A program made the position numbers and the translations under genes. Source: Candidatus Edwardsbacteria bacterium (lineage in GTDB: Bacteria > Edwardsbacteria > AC1 > EtOH8). From it: a DNA stretch of 64,000 nt. The stretch covers positions 495 through 64,494 of the forward strand of contig JAHJLF010000053.1 in the NCBI GenBank assembly GCA_018821925.1, read 5' to 3'. Positions 27,643-37,681 of the stretch are shown here, in pieces. The notes below the pieces were generated by a model. That model did not search any database and was not told the DNA's origin. It was given only the letters and a program-made list of their open reading frames with translations. Within the stretch, counting starts at the first letter, position 1, and the number at the start of each line of letters is the position of its first letter.

Positions 27643-27774
27643 TTACTTTTTGGCTGGCGTCTTGCTGATGCCGCCGGCTACAGCCTTGATGGCTTTCTTC
27701 CTCTGGGAACGGCGGACCCGTTTTTTCTTGAAATCCTGGCTTTTCATTTTCTGTTTATTCTTGCTCCTGGCCAT
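27643..27774 (-). CDS. Unannotated 43-aa highly basic protein
   Basis: MARSKNKQKMKSQDFKKKRVRRSQRKKAIKAVAGGISKTPAKK*; SD aggag; upstream TTGACA-N18-TATATT (27850-27821). Confidence 0.7.
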   Translation of the reverse strand: MARSKNKQKMKSQDFKKKRVRRSQRKKAIKAVAGGISKTPAKK

Positions 27775-28075
27775 GTTCGCTCCTGTAGCTAATTGTTATA
27801 GTTATCGGTTTACCGGTATTAATATACAACTATGGTTGCCCTGTTGTCAAGAAGGTATTTCCTGGATCTCATTTATAAATCCTGAAAGACTTGGCCGCAT
27901 TTTTTACCCTCTCTTTGGAAAATAGTCGATTTCTGATCTGCAACCTTTTGAGTTCGGCTTGGGAGTGTTTTTTAAATTATACCGTTCATAATAAAATTAC
28001 TAAAAGCCAGCCCTGTCAATACAATACTTAGGCCGGCGTTGTGCCCCTGAACTTTGCAAAACCACTGCCAATCAT

Positions 28076-28828
28076 TCAGTTCCCGCCGGCCTTGGCCTTC
28101 ACGATCTCCTCCAGGACCGAGGGCATTACCTGGCCGCCCTTCCCTAAAAAGACCTGGTCGAAAATGCCGCTCAATTCTGTCCTCTCCAGGTTCACTTCGA
28201 TCAAAAAGGCCCCGTTGTTCTTAGCCATCAGGCCCAGGGAGGCCGCCGGCTGGACCACTGAGGAGGTGCCCACCGAAAAGAACAGATCCGCCACCCCCGC
28301 CATCTGCCAGGCTTTTTTCAGGACCGCCTCCGGTAGCATCTCGCCGAACCAGACCACATCCGGACGGATGCGCCCGCCGCACTTGCAGCGGGGCGGGATC
28401 TCGTCGGAGGCCGGCAGGGTTTCTATCATGATGCCGCAACGGGAGCATTTGTTGCGGTTGAGATTACCGTGCAGCTCCACCATCTTGGCGCTGCCAGCCC
28501 TTTGGTGCAGCCCGTCAATGTTCTGGGTGACCAGCAGGAAATGCTTGAAATATTTCTCCATCTCCGCGATGGCCAAGTGCCCGGGGTTGGGCTGGACCAA
28601 TGGGAGCTTCTCCCGGCGCCACTGGTACCACTCCCATACTTTTTTAGGGTCGCAGGCGAAGGCCTCCGGGGTGGCCAGCTTCATGGGATCGAAATCGTCC
28701 CACAGGCCCTGCATGCCCCGGAAGGTCTGCAGGCCGCTCTCGGCCGAGACCCCGGCCCCGGTCAGGACCAGACAGCTTTGGGCGCTTCTTATTGCTTCGA
28801 TGAGATCGGATGAAAATACCATAGACAT
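28076..28828 (-). CDS. cobB: NAD-dependent protein deacylase (sirtuin, class III)
   Basis: GAGVSAESG, TQNIDGLH, ELHGN, RPDVVWFGE, zinc cysteines; YxxR (YQWR) suggests desuccinylase specificity. Confidence 0.92.
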   Translation of the reverse strand: MSMVFSSDLIEAIRSAQSCLVLTGAGVSAESGLQTFRGMQGLWDDFDPMKLATPEAFACDPKKVWEWYQWRREKLPLVQPNPGHLAIAEMEKYFKHFLLVTQNIDGLHQRAGSAKMVELHGNLNRNKCSRCGIMIETLPASDEIPPRCKCGGRIRPDVVWFGEMLPEAVLKKAWQMAGVADLFFSVGTSSVVQPAASLGLMAKNNGAFLIEVNLERTELSGIFDQVFLGKGGQVMPSVLEEIVKAKAGGN

Positions 28829-28875
28829 ATATTAGCACAGCGTTGCGGATAAATGCAATTGGTTCTGCAATTAAG

Positions 28876-28904
28876 AAAAAGCTGGAGCTATGCTCCAGCT
28901 TTTT
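28876..28904. terminator. Intrinsic terminator (bidirectional geometry)
   Basis: aaaaagctggagc-tat-gctccagcttttt. Confidence 0.8.
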
Positions 28905-28926
28905 ACTAGATAAGAGGTCTTACTGC

Positions 28927-31900
28927 TTACTTTATGACTACCATTTTCTTGGTAGCCCTGAAATCACCTGCCTCCAATCTATAGAAATATACCCCGTTTG
29001 CCGCTAACTTCCCGGTATTATCTTTGCAATCCCAGGTTACATTATAATAACCCATCGGTTGTTCCTGGGAAACCAATGTTTTCACTACTTGGCCTAGGGT
29101 ATTGTAGATTTTAAGACTTACTTTCTCCAGCTGGGGCAATTGATACTTTATTGCTGTCTTCCCGGTGTTGGGATTTGGGTAATTTTGCATTAATTCGTAG
29201 CTGTAAATATTAACAGACTTGCTGCTGCTTTCGGCAATATTTTCTGAAGACTTGCTGTCACAATCCCTGTCAAACTCATACAAGGCAATCACCGAACAAA
29301 CCGCATATTCACCAATAGTTTTGGTTATTGTTACCTCTATCTGCCCGTCTTTTAGGCAACTATTGGGAATCCAATGCTCTTCGGTAACCACTGTTTTAGG
29401 ATCAATCTTGGATTTTGTATTAAAGGTTTTATCTACTGATAACGTTTGTTTTAATGTCTTGTCAAAGTTATGATAATATGTAACTTTAACCCTATACCGC
29501 TTATTTATATCTAAGTTCTGGAATTTATACTTAAGTTGTGTATTATGATAATCCACTGTATAATTCGGATGCGGGCCATAATATATGGTCCCACCTCTTT
29601 GTGTAGTATATACAAGGGATTCCTCAGAACCAAGATCAATATAAATTAATGGCACAGGGTCTATTGTCATAGGATATGTTTTAATTATTATTGAGGCCGT
29701 TGATTTAGTATTGTCTGGCATTTCTTCTGTCCAAAGTGTATATAGTTTATTTTGGGGCCAACTTTGTTTATACGCGACAGAAGGATACCGCGAAATGCCA
29801 CCCTGCACCCCTGAAATATTTTGATATTGTGCATTTAATCCATTGTCATATTCAGAAAACCAAATCAAATCATAATCATCATCTTTTACATTTTTACTGT
29901 AAAGGTATTGTCCAGCTGCGGCCACCACCGGGAAATCAGCGTTTTGTCCATCGGGGTAAGAAATTACCTGTTTGTCGGACCAATCGTTTATCCCCTTGGT
30001 CTTCTTGACCACCTGATATACATCCGGGGCAATCTCCTCCTGCCAAACAACTGTGGTTTTATCGCCATAGGTGTCAACTATGGGGTGAATGCCGTTATCG
30101 CTCATCTCGAAAAATTCGCTGTTGTCCTTATAATAAACCTTGCCGGAATGGCTCCAGGCGGTCTTCAAGTTTCCGGCTTTATCCAAGGCCAGTGACGGCG
30201 ATTTGAAAGCGTCGGCGCCGCCCTGATCAATGGGGATTGGAGCCAGGGTTGCAGAAGTTGAGGGGTTATAAGTAGATATCAACACTGAAGAACCGGAAGC
30301 CCCTTCGTCCACCCAGCCCAGGTATGAATTGTTGGTGTTTTGGTCCAGAACATATGAAAGATATGATATTTCGGAACCTTCGGGGCCAGTATAAATAAGT
30401 TGGGGGGCCTCGAATGCCCCGCTTACCATTTTAGAGCTATACAGTAAATTGCCGTTATTCCAGCAAATGGTGGGCAGGTTGCCGGTTGTTAATTCGATGG
30501 CCGGGTGCTTGCCCGAACCCACGGCAATCGGTGTAGTCCAAGTTTCGCCTTCGTCAATAGAAGTTGTATAATAAACATTATCGTTATTTGAAAAAACAAC
30601 ATGCAATTTCATGGAATAGTCAACAACAATCTTCTTTCCATTAGAAAAGGCAGTAGCATCAGGTGTATTTACTTCGGCAACAACTGGATCACCGGGGTTG
30701 GGCGGATATATCGTTTTTGTGTTCGAATCGAAATTTACCTCTTCACCCATGCTTATTACCGCTCTTAATTGATAGATAGTTTTCGTGTTGATGGTTTTAT
30801 TTTGAGAAAAATAATTTTCTGTTCCTTCATATATTTTACCTAAACCCATTTGATATAACTCAAAGCGCAGAAAGTTTTTTGGTCTGCTGCCAAGAAGCCA
30901 ATCCCAATTGAATCTCACTCTGGCGCCGTCATAAGTAACAGCCAGTGTAGGTCTTTTCTTATAAAAAGCAGAATATGTCTGTCCTATTGCAGAGGGACAG
31001 ACCTTATGGTCCTGGTAATAATCATCAGACCAACCGCAAAAGTAGAGATACGTTTCATTGTAATAAATGAATGGTGCCGCACCGACCGAAAATACTCTCG
31101 ATACGGGCACAAATGCATAAGGAGATTGATAAGATTGGCCGTCAATATTTACATTACCCAAGCTTGTAGTACTTCCCACATCTAATACCACATTCTGGAC
31201 TCTGCTTTCTTGAACCGTTTGTGGAATATAATCCAAAAAAGTACTGCTGCCGATGTTTCCCAAATCGCTATATTGCGGGGTTTCGGGTCTGGACTCATGG
31301 TCTTTTTCATATATCCATGTCTCATAAATTGAAATTTTATTATCACCATTTAGATCAGCATTAACCGTTGGTGGATAAGCATAGCTTTCTCGTGTGGGTT
31401 CAAACAAGGCCTTACCGCGCTGGCTATTTAAATTGTGAAAACTCATTTCCTGGTGGTAATATGTTATCCCATTATATATTTCATTTTCCGGCAAAGGTGA
31501 TCCATTTCTAGTTACATCATCAGCCTTCCATGAAGCTTCATCAAAGGAAGCTGCTGTGTGAATGACCGTTTTAGTATCCTTCAAATAGTCAATAAAACCA
31601 CCACTATAACATTGACCAAACCAAAAAATCCTTTTTTGATTAGTAATAGAATTTATAGGTGGCGCAAAGTCTCTTGCATATATTATCCCATCATTTACAT
31701 TAAAATGATGGCTATTCAGCGGCGGCTCTTCATCTATGCCGCCGTGGCTATTATTATAAACGAATAAAATATCTTCCGGTGTCATTGCGGGGACACCCTG
31801 GTCGCCGTTTCCATTTTTAAGCCACATTAACATATCGTATACATTTTGTTTATTTTCAGGATAGTCGGTTAAATTATATATTCCATGCCTTTCATAAGGG

Positions 31901-32217
31901 TTATACCTTATACCCGCATCTAGCCAGTCTCTGCCATTTGAATACAACACATATATGCCATCTACCGCTGCCCCTTTCTTTTTCTCCGGCCAGCCGTATT
32001 TTTCATAAAGCAGTTCCCACATCAAATAGGTATCGTTCCAGAATTCATCGCGCGTTATATCATCTTTGGCAACTACCGCCGGATCCCACCCTTCGGGAAT
32101 GTTCATGCCCTTATAGGTAACGCCATGGCTCATAACAATTGCAGTATTATCTGCTAACAACACAGTGCTTAACTGTATTAGAGCAAATAAAATTATAGGC
32201 ATTGCTATCTTTTTCAC
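28927..32217 (-). CDS. Secreted C13 (legumain-like) peptidase-domain protein with propeller region and C-terminal T9SS-A/FlgD-Ig-like domain
   Basis: Signal peptide; 'NNSHGG' and 'FGQCYSGGF' His/Cys dyad; C-terminus 'LMQNYPNP...GVYFYRLEAG...KKMVVIK'. Confidence 0.75.
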   Translation of the reverse strand: MKKIAMPIILFALIQLSTVLLADNTAIVMSHGVTYKGMNIPEGWDPAVVAKDDITRDEFWNDTYLMWELLYEKYGWPEKKKGAAVDGIYVLYSNGRDWLDAGIRYNPYERHGIYNLTDYPENKQNVYDMLMWLKNGNGDQGVPAMTPEDILFVYNNSHGGIDEEPPLNSHHFNVNDGIIYARDFAPPINSITNQKRIFWFGQCYSGGFIDYLKDTKTVIHTAASFDEASWKADDVTRNGSPLPENEIYNGITYYHQEMSFHNLNSQRGKALFEPTRESYAYPPTVNADLNGDNKISIYETWIYEKDHESRPETPQYSDLGNIGSSTFLDYIPQTVQESRVQNVVLDVGSTTSLGNVNIDGQSYQSPYAFVPVSRVFSVGAAPFIYYNETYLYFCGWSDDYYQDHKVCPSAIGQTYSAFYKKRPTLAVTYDGARVRFNWDWLLGSRPKNFLRFELYQMGLGKIYEGTENYFSQNKTINTKTIYQLRAVISMGEEVNFDSNTKTIYPPNPGDPVVAEVNTPDATAFSNGKKIVVDYSMKLHVVFSNNDNVYYTTSIDEGETWTTPIAVGSGKHPAIELTTGNLPTICWNNGNLLYSSKMVSGAFEAPQLIYTGPEGSEISYLSYVLDQNTNNSYLGWVDEGASGSSVLISTYNPSTSATLAPIPIDQGGADAFKSPSLALDKAGNLKTAWSHSGKVYYKDNSEFFEMSDNGIHPIVDTYGDKTTVVWQEEIAPDVYQVVKKTKGINDWSDKQVISYPDGQNADFPVVAAAGQYLYSKNVKDDDYDLIWFSEYDNGLNAQYQNISGVQGGISRYPSVAYKQSWPQNKLYTLWTEEMPDNTKSTASIIIKTYPMTIDPVPLIYIDLGSEESLVYTTQRGGTIYYGPHPNYTVDYHNTQLKYKFQNLDINKRYRVKVTYYHNFDKTLKQTLSVDKTFNTKSKIDPKTVVTEEHWIPNSCLKDGQIEVTITKTIGEYAVCSVIALYEFDRDCDSKSSENIAESSSKSVNIYSYELMQNYPNPNTGKTAIKYQLPQLEKVSLKIYNTLGQVVKTLVSQEQPMGYYNVTWDCKDNTGKLAANGVYFYRLEAGDFRATKKMVVIK

Positions 32218-32227
32218 TGTGATTCTC

Positions 32228-33670
32228 CTATTTAATTATTAACATTTTATGAAATGCGGTAGGTGCGTTATTTATTTTCAGTCTGTATAAATATATGCCG
32301 TTAGCAAAAGATGAATCCACCGGTATGATTGTTTCATGCCTACCCGGTGTACGTGAGCCTACATTGATTGTTTTTTTCAATTGCCCGATAATATTATATA
32401 TTTCAAGCTTTAAGTTGCCTTGGTATTTAATTTCATAAACGACCGTCGTTTTAACATTAAAAGGGTTTGGTTTATTGCATATGATCCTATTTGCCCAAGT
32501 AATTGTATCCGGCATAAATCCATTGCCGGTATCAATGCCGACAAATTGATGGGAATAAAATATATCACCATTGGCATGCCAGGCTGAATGGATATCGCCA
32601 ATTTGGTCGTAATATATTGAGGGGAAAGAAGAACTGTTTACGTTTGTCAAGTAAGCAGGCGTCTCCCAAGCACCTGTGCTGTCACGGCGCCAATATAATA
32701 TACCCACAGTTGTTCCACTGCCAATTGTCCAAAGGATATGAGACGTGCCAACAGCATAGTTTATTTGTGGTTCTAATGCATCATATGTATCAGAAGGCAA
32801 CATTAAAGGCACACTCCAATTGTTGCCATAAAAATTACAGTAATAGCCCTCGTTCTTAATAGTTGCAATATTTCTCTCTTCCCACACCAAATGAAGCGTA
32901 TCGCCGCGCCCAATAGCAAGCCTTGGTTTACAAGATTGTCCGGTAGACATATCCGGTGGCATTGGCATTCGTTTCCAAATATTGTTTTCCCGCTTGAAAT
33001 ATATCAGTGGATAACCCTTGCTATTGCGGTAATCCATGGCAATTACATGCAGGTCATCCTTGCTGTCAATGGCAATGTCTGCCCAGGCCATAACAATATT
33101 GGTATCCCTTTCCAGTTCCAACGGCTGGCTCCAGTTGTTCCAGTCCCATTTGCTGTACCAAATGCCCCCGGTATCCGACACTTCGTGCCATACGGCATGG
33201 ATATTATTTTGCTTGTCCAAAGCCATTCTTATACCCACGTTACCTCCGGGTTTGGGGAAAGCAGGCTGTGGAGCCGTCCAGATCGTATCGCTGCAATAGA
33301 CATAATATATATTCCCGCTGCCTTCGTCCATCCAGCACACAAACGGCCGGTTTAAAGTATCTACTACCAATGCAGGTCTTACGGAAGAATAGGCCGGAGT
33401 GCTGCCGGATATCAGTTTGGGCGCCGACCATATGCTGTCATGCCCGGCAGAATACATTACCCAATGGGCGCCGTAAAAATTGTCGGGGTCCCAGCATTCC
33501 CATACAATATGCGATATGCCGTCCCTGCCGCCGGCTATGCACGGTATTTTAGAAATAACTTCATTTGTGTCGTTATTGGTAATATTAAAGGGTGGTTCCC
33601 AGGCAAAGAGGGTTTGGGAAGAAAGTGTTAAGACTAGTATAAGTGTTATATTTACAATATACTTATTCAT
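32228..33670 (-). CDS. Secreted beta-propeller protein with C-terminal T9SS-A-like sorting domain
   Basis: Signal peptide; repeated 'P.IA.D....HxVW' blades; 'NKPNPFN...GIYLYRL...KMLIIK'. Confidence 0.8.
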   Translation of the reverse strand: MNKYIVNITLILVLTLSSQTLFAWEPPFNITNNDTNEVISKIPCIAGGRDGISHIVWECWDPDNFYGAHWVMYSAGHDSIWSAPKLISGSTPAYSSVRPALVVDTLNRPFVCWMDEGSGNIYYVYCSDTIWTAPQPAFPKPGGNVGIRMALDKQNNIHAVWHEVSDTGGIWYSKWDWNNWSQPLELERDTNIVMAWADIAIDSKDDLHVIAMDYRNSKGYPLIYFKRENNIWKRMPMPPDMSTGQSCKPRLAIGRGDTLHLVWEERNIATIKNEGYYCNFYGNNWSVPLMLPSDTYDALEPQINYAVGTSHILWTIGSGTTVGILYWRRDSTGAWETPAYLTNVNSSSFPSIYYDQIGDIHSAWHANGDIFYSHQFVGIDTGNGFMPDTITWANRIICNKPNPFNVKTTVVYEIKYQGNLKLEIYNIIGQLKKTINVGSRTPGRHETIIPVDSSFANGIYLYRLKINNAPTAFHKMLIIK

Positions 33671-33676
33671 GTCCCT

Positions 33677-33705
33677 ATTGTATGAAAGCAGGGGGATTTT
33701 GTCAA
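33677..33705 (-). promoter_or_regulatory. Near-consensus sigma70 promoter, probably producing a leaderless mRNA
   Basis: TTGACA-N17-TACAAT, only 6 nt before ATG 33670. Confidence 0.65.
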
Positions 33706-33719
33706 GACAATAAATAGGA

Positions 33720-33747
33720 AAAAGCCGCCATTTACATGGCGGCTTTT
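33720..33747. terminator. Intrinsic terminator downstream of proS
   Basis: aaaagccgccat-ttac-atggcggctttt. Confidence 0.75.
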
Positions 33748-33918
33748 AATTCGTTGAATATTTTACTTCCCGGCTATATTCACATCCTTGAGACAACTGG
33801 CCGGTACTCAATGCTTCTCTGTGTATAATGTAATTGGTTCAAACGTTGTTTTTAACATAAAAGGATTGTCCACCGAAAGCGTTTGCTTTACATATTTCCC
33901 CAATACTGGCAATAAAAA

Positions 33919-34023
33919 TTAAACCCTGTGCCCCCGGCGGGTCTTTGACCTCTCCCTGCCTGACGGCTTCCCTCCCCGCTGCGGGGAGGGAGTGAGGGTG
34001 AGGTCTGCCCGGACAGAAAGGGC
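33919..34023. repeat. Partial copy of the modular palindromic element found twice in the pst operon
   Basis: ccctgtgcccccggcgggtctttgacctctccctgcctgacggcttccct...ctgcccggacagaaagggc, near-identical to 60272-60371. Confidence 0.8.
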
Positions 34024-34088
34024 AGTAAGACTGTTACCACGGGCAGCCTAATATTCTGGGCTAGCAGAGGCTGATATTCTGTCGACAA

Positions 34089-35810
34089 TTACTGCTGTTT
34101 CAGGGGCCACATCTCCACCGAGGTCAGCTCCTGGATCTTTCTCCGCACCTCCTCGGGACGCACTTTGAACACCTGCCCGTCCTTGCGCTGTTTGATCTCC
34201 ACCAGCCCCTCCCGCAGGCTCTTCTCTCCCACGTTGATGCGGATGGGGATGCCGGTCAGGTCGGCGTCCTTGAACTTGAAGCCCGGCCGCTCCTCGCGGT
34301 CGTCCAGCAGCACCTCGAACCGGGCGTCCTGCAGTTCATTATATAGGTTCTCGGCCACCTTGGCCGATTCGGTGCCCGGCCCGCCCAGCTGGCTGATGAC
34401 CACCTGGTAGGGCGCCACCGACAGCGGCCAGATAATGCCCGACTGGTCGTGGCTCTGCTCGATGATGCAGGCCGCCACCCGCTCGATGCCGATGCCGTAG
34501 GAGCCCATCACCAAAGGTTTCTCGCTGCCGTCCTCGTCCACGAAATTGGCCTTTAGCGCCTGGGAATACTTGGTGCCCAGCTTGAAGACGTGCCCCAGTT
34601 CAATGGCCTGGGTGACGACCAGCGGCTGGCCGCATTTTATGCAGGGCTCCTCGGCTTTGACCATCCGGAGGTCGGCATATTTCTCCACCTTGACGTCGCG
34701 GGCCAGGTCGATACCACTCAGGTGATGGTGATCCTTGTTGGCTCCGGAGACCATTCCCTGGGCGCCTTGCAGCGCCAGATCGGCCAGTATTTTTATATCA
34801 TTGATCCCCACCGGGGAGATAAAGCCCACATTGGCTTTGGTAATTTTCAGCACCTCCTCCGGGGTGGCCGGACGGAAGTTGCCCGACCCCAGGGCCGTCT
34901 GAAGCTTGGACTCGTTCAGCTCGTCGTCGCCCCGGACCAGGGCGAACACCGGCTGGCCGTCCGCCATATACAACAGGCTCTTGACTAGCTGCGAGGCCGA
35001 CACTTTCAGGAACCCGCAGACCTCCTCCACCGTCCGCTTCTCCGGGGTGGGGACTTCGGATAGTTGAGCATCGGGATAGGCCGGGCTGGTGATCTTGGAC
35101 TGGGCAACTTCCAGGTTGGCCGCATATCCGCAGGCCGGGCAGACCGCGCAGGAATCCTCGCCGGAGGGCGAGGCCACCATAAATTCCTGGGAGCCGCTGC
35201 CGCCCATCAGCCCGGAGGAGGCCCCCACCACGAAGAATTTGATGCCGCAGCGGGAGAATATCCGGTGGTAGGCGTCGTACATGGCCTGGTAGGAAACATC
35301 CAGTCCGGCCTGGTCCCGGTCCATGCTGTAGGCGTCCTTCATTATGAAATGTCTCACCCGGAGCACCCCGGAGCGGGGCCGGGGCTCGTCGCGGAACTTG
35401 ACCTGCATCTGATACCAGTTCTGGGGCAGGTCCCGGTAGGAACGGAGCTTGGCCCGGGCCAGGTCGGTGATGATCTCCTCATGGGTGGGACACAGGGCGT
35501 AATCCCGTTTCTTGCGGTCCTTGACCCGGAACATCTCGTCCCCGAAATCGTCCCACCGCCCGCTCTCCTGCCAGATCTCGGCCGGCGCCAGGGCCGGCAG
35601 GAAAAGTTCCTGGCCCCCGGCCCGGTTCATCTCCTCCCGGATTATCTGCATCACTTTCAAAAACACCCGCCACCCCAGGGGCAGATATTCGTAGACCCCG
35701 GCGGTCAGCTGGCGGATCATACCGGATCTCAGCATCAGCTGGTGGCTCTTCATTTCGGCCTCGGCCGGGTCCTCCTTGATGGTGGGTATAAAAGCTTTAC
35801 TCCAGCGCAA
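34089..35810 (-). CDS. proS: Proline--tRNA ligase (bacterial type with editing insertion)
   Basis: 'SHQLMLRSGMIRQ', 'PTHEE', 'FRDEPRPR', 'GHVFKLGTKYS', 'MGSYGIG', 'RPGFKFKDADL'. Confidence 0.97.
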   Translation of the reverse strand: MRWSKAFIPTIKEDPAEAEMKSHQLMLRSGMIRQLTAGVYEYLPLGWRVFLKVMQIIREEMNRAGGQELFLPALAPAEIWQESGRWDDFGDEMFRVKDRKKRDYALCPTHEEIITDLARAKLRSYRDLPQNWYQMQVKFRDEPRPRSGVLRVRHFIMKDAYSMDRDQAGLDVSYQAMYDAYHRIFSRCGIKFFVVGASSGLMGGSGSQEFMVASPSGEDSCAVCPACGYAANLEVAQSKITSPAYPDAQLSEVPTPEKRTVEEVCGFLKVSASQLVKSLLYMADGQPVFALVRGDDELNESKLQTALGSGNFRPATPEEVLKITKANVGFISPVGINDIKILADLALQGAQGMVSGANKDHHHLSGIDLARDVKVEKYADLRMVKAEEPCIKCGQPLVVTQAIELGHVFKLGTKYSQALKANFVDEDGSEKPLVMGSYGIGIERVAACIIEQSHDQSGIIWPLSVAPYQVVISQLGGPGTESAKVAENLYNELQDARFEVLLDDREERPGFKFKDADLTGIPIRINVGEKSLREGLVEIKQRKDGQVFKVRPEEVRRKIQELTSVEMWPLKQQ

Positions 35811-35851
35811 AGGTCACCTCATTTTTTAAGTTTAACGGTTGACAGGCTTTT

Positions 35852-35881
35852 ATTATAACAGAATCGGCCCGGGTTTCTCAA
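35852..35881 (-). promoter_or_regulatory. Putative sigma70 promoter of proS
   Basis: TTGAGA-N18-TATAAT with TG extension. Confidence 0.55.
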
Positions 35882-35928
35882 TAGATTTCTGCGCTCGCCG
35901 CGTTGCCGTAATATTTTAAAAATTCATA

Positions 35929-35957
35929 TTGCAAACAGCGGTAAACTATGATAGACT
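35929..35957 (+). promoter_or_regulatory. Putative sigma70 promoter of the PPIase operon
   Basis: TTGCAA-N17-TAGACT with TG extension. Confidence 0.5.
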
Positions 35958-36017
35958 GATGTTTCGTATTTTAATAACCGTTTATAATCCAATCTAATTG
36001 TTAAGGAGTTTTAGAAA

Positions 36018-37679
36018 ATGAAACGATGGCTTTCTCCCGCCCTGATCTTAAGCTTGATCATAGCGCTAACTTCTTGCAGCAGCCGTGATAAGACCATCGC
36101 CAATGTCGGCAACAGCAAAGTAACCCTGGGCGATTTCCAGGATGCCTACAAGCCCCCGATGATCCCCGGCGATTCAGCCGCTGTCCTGGCCGGCAAGCAG
36201 GAACTGCTTAACCGGATGGTGGAGCAGAAATTACTGGTCAACGAGGCGGTGTCCCGCGGGATGGACAAGGACCCCAAACTGGCCCAGGATCTGGAGGAGC
36301 TCAAAAAGAACATCCTGTTGCAGGAGCTTTACAAGGATGAGATCCTTAAACATGCCCAGCCCTCCGATTCGGATGTCAAGAAATTTTATGCCCGGCTGGG
36401 CAAGGAAGCCAAGGCCAGACATATCCTGGTGAAGACCGAGGAGGAGGCCAAGGAGATCGCCAAGGCCCTGAAAGGCGGCGGGGATTTTGCCCAGCTGGCC
36501 GGCAGCAAATCGGTCGACCGGGGCTCCGCCGAGAGGGGCGGCGACCTGGGGTGGTTCGGCTGGGGTAAGATGGTCGATGAATTCCAGTCGGCGATCTTTT
36601 CCATGAAGCCGGGCCAAACCAGCAAGCCCATAAAGACCGCCTTCGGCTTCCATATAATCCGGCTGGACTCCCTGCGGGACGCGCCGCTTCAGCCTTTCGA
36701 AGAAATGAAGGACCGCATCAAACAGCAACTCTCCTCCACCCGGCCCAGGGAGCTGGCCAATAAATATATCACCAAGCTTCGGGAGGGCGCCAATATAAAG
36801 ATCAAGGATGATATCATCCAGGCCCTGGCCGCCAAGCAGGCCCCCGGCCAGCCCATGCCGGCCCTACCCCAGGTTTCTCCCGAGGAGCTCAAGAAGACCG
36901 TCATCACCTACAACGGCGGCTCCTGGACCGTGCAGAACTTGTATGATAATGTAAACCGCTATATGCGCGGGACCCTGGACCTGAACCAGGCCGACCGCCT
37001 GAAGGAACAGCTGGAGGGCCTGATCGTCAGCGACCTGCTGCTGGCCCGGGCCAAATCCAAGGGCATCGAGCAGAACCCCAAGGTCAAAGCCCAGCTCAGC
37101 CGGACCAGGGACAACATGCTGGCCGAGTCTTTCTACCGGGAGGATGTCTCCGGCAAGGTGATGCTCACCCCCGATCAGGCCAAGAAGTATTATCAGGATA
37201 ATAAAAAGGAATTCTATCAGCCGGCCAAAGCCCTGGTTCACATCATTGCCGTGCCGGAGAAGGACCAGGCCCAGGAGATCTACGGCCTGCTGTCCAAGGG
37301 GGCCGATTTCTCCCAGCTGGCCAGGGAGCGGTCGGTGGACCCCTCCAAGGCCTCCGGCGGAGCCTTGCGGTGGGTGGAGAGCAACGATGCCGAGCTCCCC
37401 GAACTTTCCCGGCTGGTATTCGGCATGGCCCTCAACCAGCCCAGCCGCCCCTTTGCCTATCGTAATAATTTCGCCATCATCAAGGTCACCGAGAAAACCC
37501 CGGCCAAACAGCGGACCTTTGAGGAATCCCAGCGGGAGATAGAGTTCAAACTGCGGCAGTCCCAGGAGGAGACAATACTGGGCGATCTGCTGGCCTCCCT
37601 TAAGACCAAATATCCGGTCAAGATTGACCAGGCTCTTTTGGCCAAGGCCGAGGCTTCAACCGCCATCGAGGAGAAATAG
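36018..37679 (+). CDS. Parvulin-type peptidyl-prolyl isomerase lipoprotein (PrsA/SurA-like, two PPIase domains)
   Basis: Lipobox LTSC; 'ARHILV', 'GGDLGWF', 'FGFHII'; second 'GADFSQLARERS'. Confidence 0.9.
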   Translation: MKRWLSPALILSLIIALTSCSSRDKTIANVGNSKVTLGDFQDAYKPPMIPGDSAAVLAGKQELLNRMVEQKLLVNEAVSRGMDKDPKLAQDLEELKKNILLQELYKDEILKHAQPSDSDVKKFYARLGKEAKARHILVKTEEEAKEIAKALKGGGDFAQLAGSKSVDRGSAERGGDLGWFGWGKMVDEFQSAIFSMKPGQTSKPIKTAFGFHIIRLDSLRDAPLQPFEEMKDRIKQQLSSTRPRELANKYITKLREGANIKIKDDIIQALAAKQAPGQPMPALPQVSPEELKKTVITYNGGSWTVQNLYDNVNRYMRGTLDLNQADRLKEQLEGLIVSDLLLARAKSKGIEQNPKVKAQLSRTRDNMLAESFYREDVSGKVMLTPDQAKKYYQDNKKEFYQPAKALVHIIAVPEKDQAQEIYGLLSKGADFSQLARERSVDPSKASGGALRWVESNDAELPELSRLVFGMALNQPSRPFAYRNNFAIIKVTEKTPAKQRTFEESQREIEFKLRQSQEETILGDLLASLKTKYPVKIDQALLAKAEASTAIEEK

Positions 37680-37681
37680 CC

